Source: Verrucomicrobia bacterium UBA3750
Lineage (GTDB): Bacteria > Verrucomicrobiota > Kiritimatiellia > RFP12 > UBA1067
Assembly: GCA_002371755.1 (NCBI GenBank)
Contig: DFGM01000082.1
Location: forward strand, 1 to 53,349
Reading direction: 5' to 3'
DNA: 53,349 nt
This document shows positions 9,403 to 18,693 of this stretch, one piece after another. The translations under genes and the position numbers were made by a program. Below the pieces are notes generated by a model, which saw only the letters and a list, made by a program, of their open reading frames with translations, did no database searches and was not told the origin of the DNA. Position 1 is the first letter of the stretch. Every line of letters begins with the position of its first letter.

Positions 9403-11343
9403 ATGTCGAACAAGCTCAAATTGACCATTACGGGCGGAATCGAAGCGGGGCGCACCGTTTCGCAGGATTTCTTCACTTCGCTTCTTGTAGGGCGTTCCCG
9501 CTCGTCGGCCATCCATCTCTCCGAGCCTGATGTTTCGGGCAAGCATTTCGAGTTCGTGCGCCGCGCCTCGGACGTCGTAGTCAAAGTGTTGAGCCGCAAC
9601 GGTCTGGTGGTGGATGGCGAAATGTATGTTGAAGGCGCCATTGCGCCGGTGAAGGCGGGGAGCGAGATCAAGGCCGGCTCCAAGGTGGTCATGCGTATAG
9701 ACGAGCTGCCCTCGAGCAGCGGCGAGCTCGCGGAAAGCCTGATTACGGAAGTGCCGTCCCGCGGAGCGGAAGAAAAGATTTTGGCTATGAAGGCGGCAAT
9801 GGGCGAGGCTGCGGCGACAGGCGGCTCGGAGGCGAGTGCCACACCTCTTACGAAGACGCCGCCTCCTGTCTCCGCCGATGCGGATACGGGAGACGCGAAG
9901 TCCTTGCCGGCGCCGGTGAAGCCTCATCCCGCCCCGGTTCTTCCCAAGGCGATGCAGCCGAAGAAAGTTCCTGCCGAAAGCGCCCCGAAGCGCCAGGAGC
10001 TTGCCAAAAAGGCACTGGGGAGGGTGTCTTCCGGCGAAACGAAGGCTCCTGCGTTTGAAGAATCCGCTTTCAATTCCGTTGCGACCGGCTCGTCCGATCT
10101 CAAATCGGCCTCGCGCCTCTTCGTGAACGCGCCCCAAACAAAGGACGATTCCGGCTTGACGAGCGATGCGTTCGACGACGAAAAGACGGATGACGGCGAT
10201 GGCGAGACCCAGGAACTCAAGACACGTGTCGGTTCCATGGAAGAAATGCTGGAGCGTAAGCGCCAGCTCGACCGCGCCAGCGTGAACCGCCGCATCCGCA
10301 ATTCCGTCATCCTCATGGTAGTGATGGTGGCTCTCGCAATCGCCTGGTGGGCGCTTGGCTCACAGCATCACGTTTCGAATGCGGATGGACCCTTCCTCCC
10401 CAATGGCGAACTTGACCTCGCGGAAGCGGAGATCAAGACTCCGGAAGGTCAGGTCGAACTCGCGTTCGAGTTCCCGCGCGATGCGAGGATGGTCGTGAAC
10501 GTCTCGGAGGACGGCAACACGGTGGACGTCAAGGATACATATTTCGGCATAGACCGCGACGTGCCGTTCCATTTGCATTTCACGCGCTGGCGGGACAGGC
10601 TCGACCTGCAGCTTTCGCTGGAAAGCTCCTTTGAAAAGTGGCAGCAGGCCGAGTCGGCGGCAGGCTCGGTGTTCGAGACGCGCGGCGGAAAGCGTCCGGA
10701 GGCGGAGTTCCTCGAAAATCTCTTCCCGGGCTTTTGCGAGATTACGACGCAGCGCGGCGTGAGGTTGATGCGCGCGGAATACACGCGGTCCTACAACGGG
10801 GAGCTTTGGCACGGTCAGGCGATGTATTTCCGCAAGGGCGACATGATATATCTGCTCAAGACTGAAGTGCCAGACCCCTATTGGAAGCGCGCCTCGGTGA
10901 GGATTCTCCTTGAGCCCCACGTCGCATTCTGCAAACCGTTCTTCGCCGGCTACTGGGATTCCCCTGGCAAGGCCGCAATGGTGGAAGATTCCGTCACCGA
11001 CGACGAACTGCGCGCAAGGATTGCACGCGAGCTTGCGGCAGACCGCAACGGCTCCTGGGCGGCCACCATGAGCTACATAGACACTCTCCTAATCAGGTCG
11101 TGGGGCGTGAAGCACGCAACGCAGAAAGCGGCATTGGAGCAATACCAAGCTTTGCAGGAGAAGATGACCCGCTTCTACAACGAGCGTTTCCTCGCATACG
11201 AGACGGCCAGGGAGAACGGGGCCGAGAAGCGCATGAAGCATATTTTCTTCGATTGCAAGACGATGTTCGGCGCGATGCCGCGCGACCGTCGCGCAACTCT
11301 AGTGAACGATCCGGAGGTTTGGGCATGTCATCGAAAGCGCTGA
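9403..11343 (+). CDS. FHA-domain bitopic membrane protein with Pro/Ala/Ser/Thr-rich linker and unknown periplasmic domain
   Basis: GGAGG RBS; VGRS...VSGKH...SRNG FHA motifs; low-complexity linker; TM VILMVVMVALAIAWWAL; unrecognised C-terminal half. Confidence 0.75.
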   Translation: MSNKLKLTITGGIEAGRTVSQDFFTSLLVGRSRSSAIHLSEPDVSGKHFEFVRRASDVVVKVLSRNGLVVDGEMYVEGAIAPVKAGSEIKAGSKVVMRIDELPSSSGELAESLITEVPSRGAEEKILAMKAAMGEAAATGGSEASATPLTKTPPPVSADADTGDAKSLPAPVKPHPAPVLPKAMQPKKVPAESAPKRQELAKKALGRVSSGETKAPAFEESAFNSVATGSSDLKSASRLFVNAPQTKDDSGLTSDAFDDEKTDDGDGETQELKTRVGSMEEMLERKRQLDRASVNRRIRNSVILMVVMVALAIAWWALGSQHHVSNADGPFLPNGELDLAEAEIKTPEGQVELAFEFPRDARMVVNVSEDGNTVDVKDTYFGIDRDVPFHLHFTRWRDRLDLQLSLESSFEKWQQAESAAGSVFETRGGKRPEAEFLENLFPGFCEITTQRGVRLMRAEYTRSYNGELWHGQAMYFRKGDMIYLLKTEVPDPYWKRASVRILLEPHVAFCKPFFAGYWDSPGKAAMVEDSVTDDELRARIARELAADRNGSWAATMSYIDTLLIRSWGVKHATQKAALEQYQALQEKMTRFYNERFLAYETARENGAEKRMKHIFFDCKTMFGAMPRDRRATLVNDPEVWACHRKR

Positions 11344-13697
11344 TACTCACTCTCAAGCGCGACAAGGAGCAGATAGCGGAAATCGCGCTTACGCAAGGTT
11401 CAGAGCCAATCCTCGTGGGCAGGGCGCACGAGTGCGTCTTGAAACTCCCTGCCGACGACTTTTCGGCGAGCTCGAAGCACGCCAAGATATTCTGGAAGGG
11501 TTCGTCCCTCATGATAGAGGATGCCGGGAGCAGAAACGGCATCTACCAGGACGGCAAGCTCGTAAAGCGCGCGACGAAGCTCAAGCCCGGTTCGCTCTAT
11601 GCGATAGGCGCTTGTCTACTCCATGTGCGCCCGGAGGAGCGCAACAAGAAGCTCAAGACCGCCAACCGCTACCACAGGCTTGAGTTCCTCAATGGCGACA
11701 ACGCCGGCAGAATAGTCGACATAAAGCAGAACTCCGACGGCACGGATTTCGATATCGGGCTGGACCCGAAGTGCAGCGTGCATCTGAGCGACATGCTCGT
11801 CTCTCGCCGGCATGCGGTATTGAAGACGCGTGAAGGCGGGGAGTGCTGGATAGAGGATCTTGGCTCCAGGAACGGCACGTTCGTGAACGGCGAGCGGCTT
11901 AGCGGCAAGGAGCGTCTCTTGAGAGACGGCGATACCATTTCCGTGGCATTTTTCGAGTTCAGGTTCCTTGATAGAAGCGTGACGCACACCCGGGTGCAGG
12001 CGTGGGTGAAGCTCGCCGTGATTGCAGTCACCGTGTGCGTGATGGCGGCTCTCTACATTGCCTGGACCGCTCTCCGCCTCCCTGTGGAGACATGCCTTGC
12101 AAACGCGCGCAGCGCGGCCGCCCGCACCGACTTCGATGCGGCCCGCCGCCATATCGCCGCATCGAGAAGCGCACGCGACGCAGCCGGCTACAGGCAGCAG
12201 ATCGACAGCCTCGCCAGCCAGATAGAAGTGTGGGAGAAGACCCGCACCGCGTGGGAAAAGGCCCGCAAAAACATCGCAACCGCCTGGGAGAAGGCGCAGG
12301 AGGCCGACGAGAAGGAGCGCAAGGAAATTGTGGATACGCGCCTCAAGACCGCGCTTTCCATACTTGACGCACTCGTCTCCGGCCCTGCCGATTCCTGGGG
12401 CTGGAATCCGAAGGAAATGGTGAGCGTGAAGAAGGAGTCCGACTTCGCGGCAAAGGCTCTCCACCTCTATTTCGACGGCATGGATGTGATAAACGCCGCG
12501 GCGAAGAATGTCGTGGCCGATGCCGACATCAAGGTGCGCAATATCATAGGACCCATAGAAGGCTTCCTCAGGGATCACAAGAAGACGGTCGAGGAAGGCG
12601 GCTACATGTTCAATGTGATGAAGTTGATGGACGACCTCCTCAAGGATTTGCGCGTCATCAACGAAGGCTACAACATCATCGACAATTCCATCGCGAAGAT
12701 ATCGGCCACCAACCCGAGCTTCCACAACATCTACGAAGCGTTCGAGAGGATCTCGGCCAACGAGAAGTACCCTGGCGCCGTGCGCGGCTACGCCCGCCAG
12801 CAGCTCGCCCCGTGCCGCGCTTTCGTGAAAGCGCAGGACTTCCTCGAAGATGAGCTCGCCCAGCTTTTAAGGCTCGATTTCAAGGGCGTGCGCGAGAAGT
12901 CCGAGGATATAGTGCTGCCCAACCAGGATCTCTGCATACGCCATGCGCGCTATTCGGATGCAAGGTCGTTCTTCGCAGAGCGGCATCGCCAGCTTCAGAG
13001 GGAGGCGAGCGCACTCGAGACGATGATAGGCGGGCTTGCCGCATGCGGCATCACGATGGACGGGCGAGGTGATGATATCGACCTCTTCGTGGATACGAAG
13101 AATATCGAAAAGGCACTCTCGTTCGACTGCTTCTCCCGTCGCCCGCCAAACGCAAGGCGCCCCGAACCGGTGGGTATGTACGATACCCTTTTCGGAATAG
13201 AGTGGACGTTCGAATCGTTGAGCGCGCTCCCGAAGTCCTATAGCGGCAGGAATCGCCGTTCCATGGCTTTCACGCCGCGATGCATCTCGGCCCGTCAGGC
13301 TTTCGACCATGCAGCCAACCTTGTGCAGTATCTCGAAGGCGACGACAGGCGTTATCTCCAGCATGGCGACATTGGCAGGTATTACACCCAGTGCGTGCGC
13401 ATCACAATCGAGCGCGAACGCCTCGTCCAGTGGCTCAAGGACTACAAGGGCACGGACCGTGCCGAAATCGTCGCTTCGTTCTATGCAGACTTCTTCTCTC
13501 CAGATCCGACAGATGTCGCCAAGCGCGCTCTCAGCCAGCGTTTCGCCAAGCTGAAGAGGGAAGTCATTGCGCTTGACGAGAAGTACAAGTTCGAGATGGA
13601 TCCCGAGAAGCAGCTTGCGTTGCGCGAGAAGATAATAGAGACCGGTATTCCCGGTGACCAGCTTGTGCATTCGCGCTGGGCGCAGAAGTTCGATTGA
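11325..13697 (+). CDS. Tandem-FHA bitopic membrane protein with long helical periplasmic region
   Basis: Start reassigned to MSSKAL (GGAGG at 11313-11317, overlaps the previous gene); FHA1 VGR..SSKH..SRNG, FHA2 IGL..VSRRH..SRNGTFVNG; TM LAVIAVTVCVMAALYIAW; charged helical C-terminus. Confidence 0.78.
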   Translation: MSSKALILTLKRDKEQIAEIALTQGSEPILVGRAHECVLKLPADDFSASSKHAKIFWKGSSLMIEDAGSRNGIYQDGKLVKRATKLKPGSLYAIGACLLHVRPEERNKKLKTANRYHRLEFLNGDNAGRIVDIKQNSDGTDFDIGLDPKCSVHLSDMLVSRRHAVLKTREGGECWIEDLGSRNGTFVNGERLSGKERLLRDGDTISVAFFEFRFLDRSVTHTRVQAWVKLAVIAVTVCVMAALYIAWTALRLPVETCLANARSAAARTDFDAARRHIAASRSARDAAGYRQQIDSLASQIEVWEKTRTAWEKARKNIATAWEKAQEADEKERKEIVDTRLKTALSILDALVSGPADSWGWNPKEMVSVKKESDFAAKALHLYFDGMDVINAAAKNVVADADIKVRNIIGPIEGFLRDHKKTVEEGGYMFNVMKLMDDLLKDLRVINEGYNIIDNSIAKISATNPSFHNIYEAFERISANEKYPGAVRGYARQQLAPCRAFVKAQDFLEDELAQLLRLDFKGVREKSEDIVLPNQDLCIRHARYSDARSFFAERHRQLQREASALETMIGGLAACGITMDGRGDDIDLFVDTKNIEKALSFDCFSRRPPNARRPEPVGMYDTLFGIEWTFESLSALPKSYSGRNRRSMAFTPRCISARQAFDHAANLVQYLEGDDRRYLQHGDIGRYYTQCVRITIERERLVQWLKDYKGTDRAEIVASFYADFFSPDPTDVAKRALSQRFAKLKREVIALDEKYKFEMDPEKQLALREKIIETGIPGDQLVHSRWAQKFD

Positions 13698-13930
13698 TGC
13701 GAAAGATGGCAACGCGACGCATGGCTTCATGCCGCTTCAAGAGCGGTTCGGTGTTGATGGAATACGTGGTGCTCCTCGTATTCGTCGGTGTCGTCCTGAT
13801 GGTCGCTTCCGTCAAGCTCTTTTATGGCTATGACGAGGATGAAGGGCGCATGAACTATGGAGCGATGGGTCGGCAGTTCCGGAACTTCTGTCAGCGCACG
13901 ATGGGAGGAATAGCGCTTCCGGTGCCATGA
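13697..13930 (+). CDS. Flp-type prepilin/pseudopilin
   Basis: Basic leader, then G|SVLMEY (Glu+5, Tyr+6 Flp motif) and a hydrophobic helix; mature length about 60 aa; TGATG and ATGA overlaps with both neighbours. Confidence 0.75.
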   Translation: MRKMATRRMASCRFKSGSVLMEYVVLLVFVGVVLMVASVKLFYGYDEDEGRMNYGAMGRQFRNFCQRTMGGIALPVP

Positions 13931-16008
13931 GCGGCGCGTCTTCTGGAGATTTGCTCCATGAAGGGGGCAAGTTCGGCTCTTACGATGTGGTTCGCCTCAT
14001 CGGCAGAGGCGGCATGGGTGCCGTCTACAAGCTCTACTCCCCAGAAGACGATGCGTATTTCGCGGCGAAGATAATGAAGACGCCCGAGACGGACGATGCA
14101 CACGTCTGGCGCAGGCGTTTCGCCAACGAGGCCGCTTTCGCGATGAAGGTGGAGCACCCGAATCTCATACGCGTCTACGATGTAGGCGAAGACCCGGATA
14201 CGGGCCTATGCTACATCATAATGGACTATATCGACGGCAAGAGTCTCGGCAAGCTTATCCGCAAGAATGGCGCGCTCAAGGTCGAGGCGGCCATTCAGGT
14301 GGCGATAGATATCGCTTCGGCTCTCGGTGCGGCACATGCCGCCGGCGTGGTTCACCGCGATATCAAGCCCGACAACATACTCATAGATTCGGCGGGAGAG
14401 CCGTATCTTGCCGACCTCGGGATAGCAAAATTCTCGTCCGATGAAGGCGACGAGGTGGTAACACATACGGGAGCCATCATCGGCACCCCGGCCTATATGG
14501 CGCCTGAGCAGATGATCGACTCCCACAATGTCGATTGCCGGGCGGACATATATTCTCTTGGCGTTGTCCTTTACGAGATGCTCGTCGGCGCACGGCCTTA
14601 CCCGAAAGCGACTTCCATGGAGCTTATCGCCAAGGTTGTGAGCGGCGAAAGCCTGCCCAATATCAAGAAGGCCAACCCCAATCTGCCGCGCAAGGTTGCG
14701 AGGGCCGTCATGCGGATGGTCGAAATCGACCCGGCGAAGCGTCCGCAAAGCGCGGAAGAGGCGATTGCGCTTCTCAAAGACTCAATCGACCCGAAAACGA
14801 CCATCCCCCTTGCGTCCTGCGCCGCCAAGGCGAAGGAGATAGTGAGCCGAAACGCCGCCACTCTGGTGCCGTCTTCCGCGATTCTTGTCATGGCGTGCAT
14901 AGGGATTGGGTATGTGGCTGCGGTGCGAGGGTGTTCGCCCGGCTCTGCCGCATCCCCGAGCACTGCCAACGTTGGCGAAGTCGTCGTGAAGGAGAGGCTG
15001 CGCGAGAGTGTGGAGAAACCCAAAGAAGCGCCAAAATCCGTCAAGACCGCAAGGCTTGTGCCCGTTCTGGAGAAAGCCGACGGCCGGCAGGCCGGCAACC
15101 TCAAGCGGGGGACGCTGGACGGAAAGGTCTTTTGGGTGGAGCAGGGCGGCTTCAAATGGCACTATACGCTCGTGAAAGACGGGGCCGTCTTGTGGCGCAA
15201 CGTGGACGAAAGTCATGGGGATGCGTGCGTCGAGCCGAAGCCCAAAGGGAAGCTTGTCGTCCCCGAAACCGTAGATTCCCATCCCGTGGTAGCGTTGGGT
15301 GCGCTGGCGTTCAAGGATTGCAGCGAACTCAACGAGATTGTGCTGCCGCGCACCTTGAAACGTATCGGCAAACGCGCCTTCATGCACTGCCACGGGCTCA
15401 AGGAAATCACGCTTCCGCCGTCTGTCGAAAGCATAGGACTCTGGGCGTTCAACCACTGCTACAACCTGCAGAAGGTCGACCTCGGCCGATGCAGGTATGT
15501 TGAAAAGGGGCTCGGGGCTTTCGCGTTCTCGCGGAAACTTGCGGAAATCACTGTCTCCAGCGACAATCCGGCGTTTCGCGTCGAAGACGGGCTTCTTTAT
15601 TCGAAGAATATGCGCAAACTGGTGGGCGCACCGCCGAAGCTGGAGCATTTCCGCATCAAGGAAGGTGTGGAGGAGATAGGCCCTTGGGCATTCTACGCAT
15701 CAAACGCCCGGGATGTCGTGATTCCCGCAAGCGTCAAGAAAATAGGCACGGCAATGTTCTACTACAGCAACAGGACAAGGCATGTCGCTTTCCAAGGCAA
15801 CGCACCGGAGATTGTGAAGGAGATGGATTTCACCCTTTTCGGCAGGTCGCCGAGCAATTTGACCGTATACGCCAGGAACGGCACGACCGGCTGGAATGCC
15901 GGTGCGAAGAACTCAAACGTCAAACCGCAGTTCTGGCCTGTTGGCGACAAGGACGCGCGCGAGCTGAAGTTCGTTTCAGGGCGCCCCGCTTCCTCGAAGC
16001 GTCCTTGA
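13927..16008 (+). CDS. Membrane Hanks-type Ser/Thr protein kinase with extracytoplasmic BspA-type leucine-rich repeats
   Basis: GRGGMG, AAK, HRDIKPDN, DLG, GTPAYMAPEQ, DIYSLG; TM AILVMACIGIGYVAAV; repeats such as LPRTLKRIGKRAFMHCHGL and LPPSVESIGLWAFNHCYNL. Confidence 0.92.
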   Translation: MSGASSGDLLHEGGKFGSYDVVRLIGRGGMGAVYKLYSPEDDAYFAAKIMKTPETDDAHVWRRRFANEAAFAMKVEHPNLIRVYDVGEDPDTGLCYIIMDYIDGKSLGKLIRKNGALKVEAAIQVAIDIASALGAAHAAGVVHRDIKPDNILIDSAGEPYLADLGIAKFSSDEGDEVVTHTGAIIGTPAYMAPEQMIDSHNVDCRADIYSLGVVLYEMLVGARPYPKATSMELIAKVVSGESLPNIKKANPNLPRKVARAVMRMVEIDPAKRPQSAEEAIALLKDSIDPKTTIPLASCAAKAKEIVSRNAATLVPSSAILVMACIGIGYVAAVRGCSPGSAASPSTANVGEVVVKERLRESVEKPKEAPKSVKTARLVPVLEKADGRQAGNLKRGTLDGKVFWVEQGGFKWHYTLVKDGAVLWRNVDESHGDACVEPKPKGKLVVPETVDSHPVVALGALAFKDCSELNEIVLPRTLKRIGKRAFMHCHGLKEITLPPSVESIGLWAFNHCYNLQKVDLGRCRYVEKGLGAFAFSRKLAEITVSSDNPAFRVEDGLLYSKNMRKLVGAPPKLEHFRIKEGVEEIGPWAFYASNARDVVIPASVKKIGTAMFYYSNRTRHVAFQGNAPEIVKEMDFTLFGRSPSNLTVYARNGTTGWNAGAKNSNVKPQFWPVGDKDARELKFVSGRPASSKRP

Positions 16009-16042
16009 CAAAAACCGAAAAAGCGTCACACAGGCGAGAGGA

Positions 16043-16056
16043 AATATGGTATAATA
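16043..16056 (+). promoter_or_regulatory. Putative extended -10 promoter of the fadD-like operon
   Basis: AATATGGTATAATA, identical to the motif upstream of cpaB and of the OPX gene. Confidence 0.6.
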
Positions 16057-16099
16057 CGCGGCGTAGTGTTGAACAAGATGAAGAAAGGCGAGTAGACAA

Positions 16100-17761
16100 A
16101 TGACACTTCGCAAGCTTCTTGAAGACAAGGTCGAGCGTTTTGGTTCGCGCCTTGCCATGGTCTGGAACGAAGAAAAGGAATGGCGCAAGCGCACTTGGGC
16201 GGAGCTCGGGAATCGCGTTCGCGCGCTTTCCGATGGCTACGGCAAATACTTCAATCTCGAGCCGGGCAAGGATAATACCGCCATAATACTCGGCAATTCG
16301 CCTGTCTGGGTGGAAGCGTATCTGGCGCAGTCGTGCGCGGGCGTGGCGGTGGTGCCGCTCGATCCGAAGTTGCACGAGAACGAGGTGGAGTACATACTTT
16401 CCAACGCCGAAGTGAAAGTGGTGACGACCGACAAGGCGCATCTGAGGATGATGATGTCGCTCGCCCCGCGTCTCACACATCTCAAGGGGATCGTGGTGGT
16501 GGATGGCGTTATTTTCGACGGGCAGAAGATTGGCGAGGCGGCGGTTGTCGGGATTGACGTCTTGTATAAAGATGGGGATGGCGGCTTCTACGCGGCGCAC
16601 CAGCCTGATGCGGAGGATGTGGCATCCATCATCTATACATCCGGCACGACGGGCAAGCCCAAAGGGGCGATGCTCACCCACAAGAACTTCATCAGCGATG
16701 TGGAAGGCGCGATAGTCACGTTCAACGTGCACGTGGACGAAAACGACAGGCTTCTCGTGGTGCTGCCGCTTTTCCACGCATTCAGCTTTACAGCCAATCT
16801 CATGGTAGCCTTGAGCATCGGCGCCGAATTGATGTTTGTCGAGTCGCTCAGGACGGTCGGGCGGGACATATCGATACTCAAGCCCACGGGCATCATGGCG
16901 GTGCCGCTTCTTGCGGAGAAACTTCACGACAAGTTGGAGGATGGAATCGCGAAGTCCGCTATGGCGCAGTTCCTTTTGAAGCTGGGGCTGCGGGGGCTGG
17001 TGTGGCACTCGGTGCGCCTGAAGCTGGGCGGGAGCTTGAGATTCATCATCACAGGCGGGGCGCCGTGCCCGAAACATGTCCTAGACGGCTTCAAGCGCAT
17101 ACATGTGAAGTTCATCGAAGGCTACGGTCTAACCGAATGCGCTCCTGTCGTGTCGGTGACGGATTACAAATCGAGCCGCGTGGGCACTATCGGCAAGCCC
17201 TGCCAAGGCGTGGAAGTGCGCCTTGCGGACAAGAACGAATCGGGCGTGGGCGAATTGCAGGTGAAGGGACCCAACGTGATGAAGGGGTACTTCCACAACC
17301 CCAAGGCGACGGAAGAATCGTTCGACGGCGAATGGTTCGCCACGGGAGACCTGGCGAGCATGGACGAAGATGGCTACATCACCATACGCGGCAGGAAGAA
17401 GGCGCTCATCGTAAACCGTGAAGGGAAGAACATCTACCCGGAAGAAGTGGAAAATACCGTTTCGAAGGACCCCGCCGTCCAGGACATCATCGTGATAGGC
17501 TACACGCAAGGCGGAGTGCCCGGCGAGCGAGTGGGTGCTATCGTGTATCCCGACGAAGAATGGTTCAAGGCGGAGAACGGCGGCACTATGCCGCCGTGGG
17601 AAGAAGTGGAAAAGGTGCTCTCCAAACGTGTGCAGGAAAAGAGTGCGACGCTTGCCGACTACAAGCGCATACGCAAAGTGGTGGTGTATAAAGAGCCGCT
17701 CGAGCGCACAAGCGTGGGCAAGGTTCGCCGCGTCACATACAAGGGCAGGCTGGACGAATAA
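16100..17761 (+). CDS. Long-chain acyl-CoA synthetase (AMP-binding family)
   Basis: IIYTSGTTGKPKG, LPLFH, EGYGLTE, GELQVKGPNVMKGY, WFATGDL, GKNIYPEEVE. Confidence 0.9.
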   Translation: MTLRKLLEDKVERFGSRLAMVWNEEKEWRKRTWAELGNRVRALSDGYGKYFNLEPGKDNTAIILGNSPVWVEAYLAQSCAGVAVVPLDPKLHENEVEYILSNAEVKVVTTDKAHLRMMMSLAPRLTHLKGIVVVDGVIFDGQKIGEAAVVGIDVLYKDGDGGFYAAHQPDAEDVASIIYTSGTTGKPKGAMLTHKNFISDVEGAIVTFNVHVDENDRLLVVLPLFHAFSFTANLMVALSIGAELMFVESLRTVGRDISILKPTGIMAVPLLAEKLHDKLEDGIAKSAMAQFLLKLGLRGLVWHSVRLKLGGSLRFIITGGAPCPKHVLDGFKRIHVKFIEGYGLTECAPVVSVTDYKSSRVGTIGKPCQGVEVRLADKNESGVGELQVKGPNVMKGYFHNPKATEESFDGEWFATGDLASMDEDGYITIRGRKKALIVNREGKNIYPEEVENTVSKDPAVQDIIVIGYTQGGVPGERVGAIVYPDEEWFKAENGGTMPPWEEVEKVLSKRVQEKSATLADYKRIRKVVVYKEPLERTSVGKVRRVTYKGRLDE

Positions 17762-17763
17762 TC

Positions 17764-18693
17764 TTGGATTCCAAAGAGAGAGTTCTCGTCTGGCTTGAAT
17801 GGCCTGAGGCGTGTTTCCGCGCGTCGCGCACCGACATGGAGTATCTTTCCACGCTCCTGCCGCGCGGAGCTGTCGCGAAGAGGGTGCGGAGCGAAAAGGC
17901 GTTTCTTGCCGCGCTCCCCACGGCGACGCATGCAATAGTCTGGCATTTCAAACCCGAATGGTATGCCATCGCCAAGAGGCTCAAGGTGCTCGCTACGCCC
18001 GGGGCGGGGCGGGAACTTGTCGCGCACAAAGAAGCCCCCGAGGGAGTGAAAGTGCATTTCGGGGCGTTTCATGGCCGGCTCATGGCCGAAAGCGTGGCGG
18101 CGTTTTGCCTTGCGTGGGCGCGAGGGTTCTTCAAGGTCGAACGCCGCCGGGCAAAAGCGGGCATATGGCCGCGCGAATGGCTTGGCTCGCTCGCGTATAC
18201 CGTGGAAGGCACGAAAGCCGTGATTCTCGGATACGGGAAGATCGGCAAGGCGGTGGGCGAAAAGCTTTCGGCGCTTGGCGTGGATGTGAAAGGGTTCTCG
18301 CGCTCCAACATTTCCGGACTGCCCGCCGCAGCACGGACGGCGGATTGGTTCATACTCGCGCTCCCCAGCGACACGGGTACGGACGGCATCTTCGGCAGGC
18401 GCATCATTTCGCTCCTCCCCAGGCGGTGCGTGTTGGTGAACATCGGGCGCGGCAATGCGGTGGATGAGCAGGCGCTTGCGCACGCATTGTCCACGGGACG
18501 CCTCGCCGGCGCCTACCTCGACGTCTTTCGCAACGAACCCACCGCGCTTACGCCGAAAAGTGCGGTTGCAAATGAAACGCCGCTCTGGGAGGCGGAACTT
18601 GAAAATCTCGTCGCAATGCCGCATTCCTCGGCTTTCGCCCCTCAGTATCTAAAACTGGCATTCAAGGAACTCAAGGATGAAGGGTATATATAA
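17764..18693 (+). CDS. D-isomer-specific 2-hydroxyacid dehydrogenase family protein
   Basis: ILGYGKIG, LVNIGRG.AVDE.AL, GAYLDVF..EP, MPHSS; TTG start uncertain. Confidence 0.82.
   Translation: MDSKERVLVWLEWPEACFRASRTDMEYLSTLLPRGAVAKRVRSEKAFLAALPTATHAIVWHFKPEWYAIAKRLKVLATPGAGRELVAHKEAPEGVKVHFGAFHGRLMAESVAAFCLAWARGFFKVERRRAKAGIWPREWLGSLAYTVEGTKAVILGYGKIGKAVGEKLSALGVDVKGFSRSNISGLPAAARTADWFILALPSDTGTDGIFGRRIISLLPRRCVLVNIGRGNAVDEQALAHALSTGRLAGAYLDVFRNEPTALTPKSAVANETPLWEAELENLVAMPHSSAFAPQYLKLAFKELKDEGYI

Noticed and set aside
11100-11324. Upstream extensions of ORFs 11100, 23219 and 35016
   Set aside because: They overlap the preceding genes; better starts with RBS or signal peptides lie at 11325, 23546 and 35178
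12246-12295. Short internal duplication TAWEKA...TAWEKA (33-nt period) in the tandem-FHA protein
   Set aside because: Real, but most simply a three-turn helix duplication with no evidence of separate function
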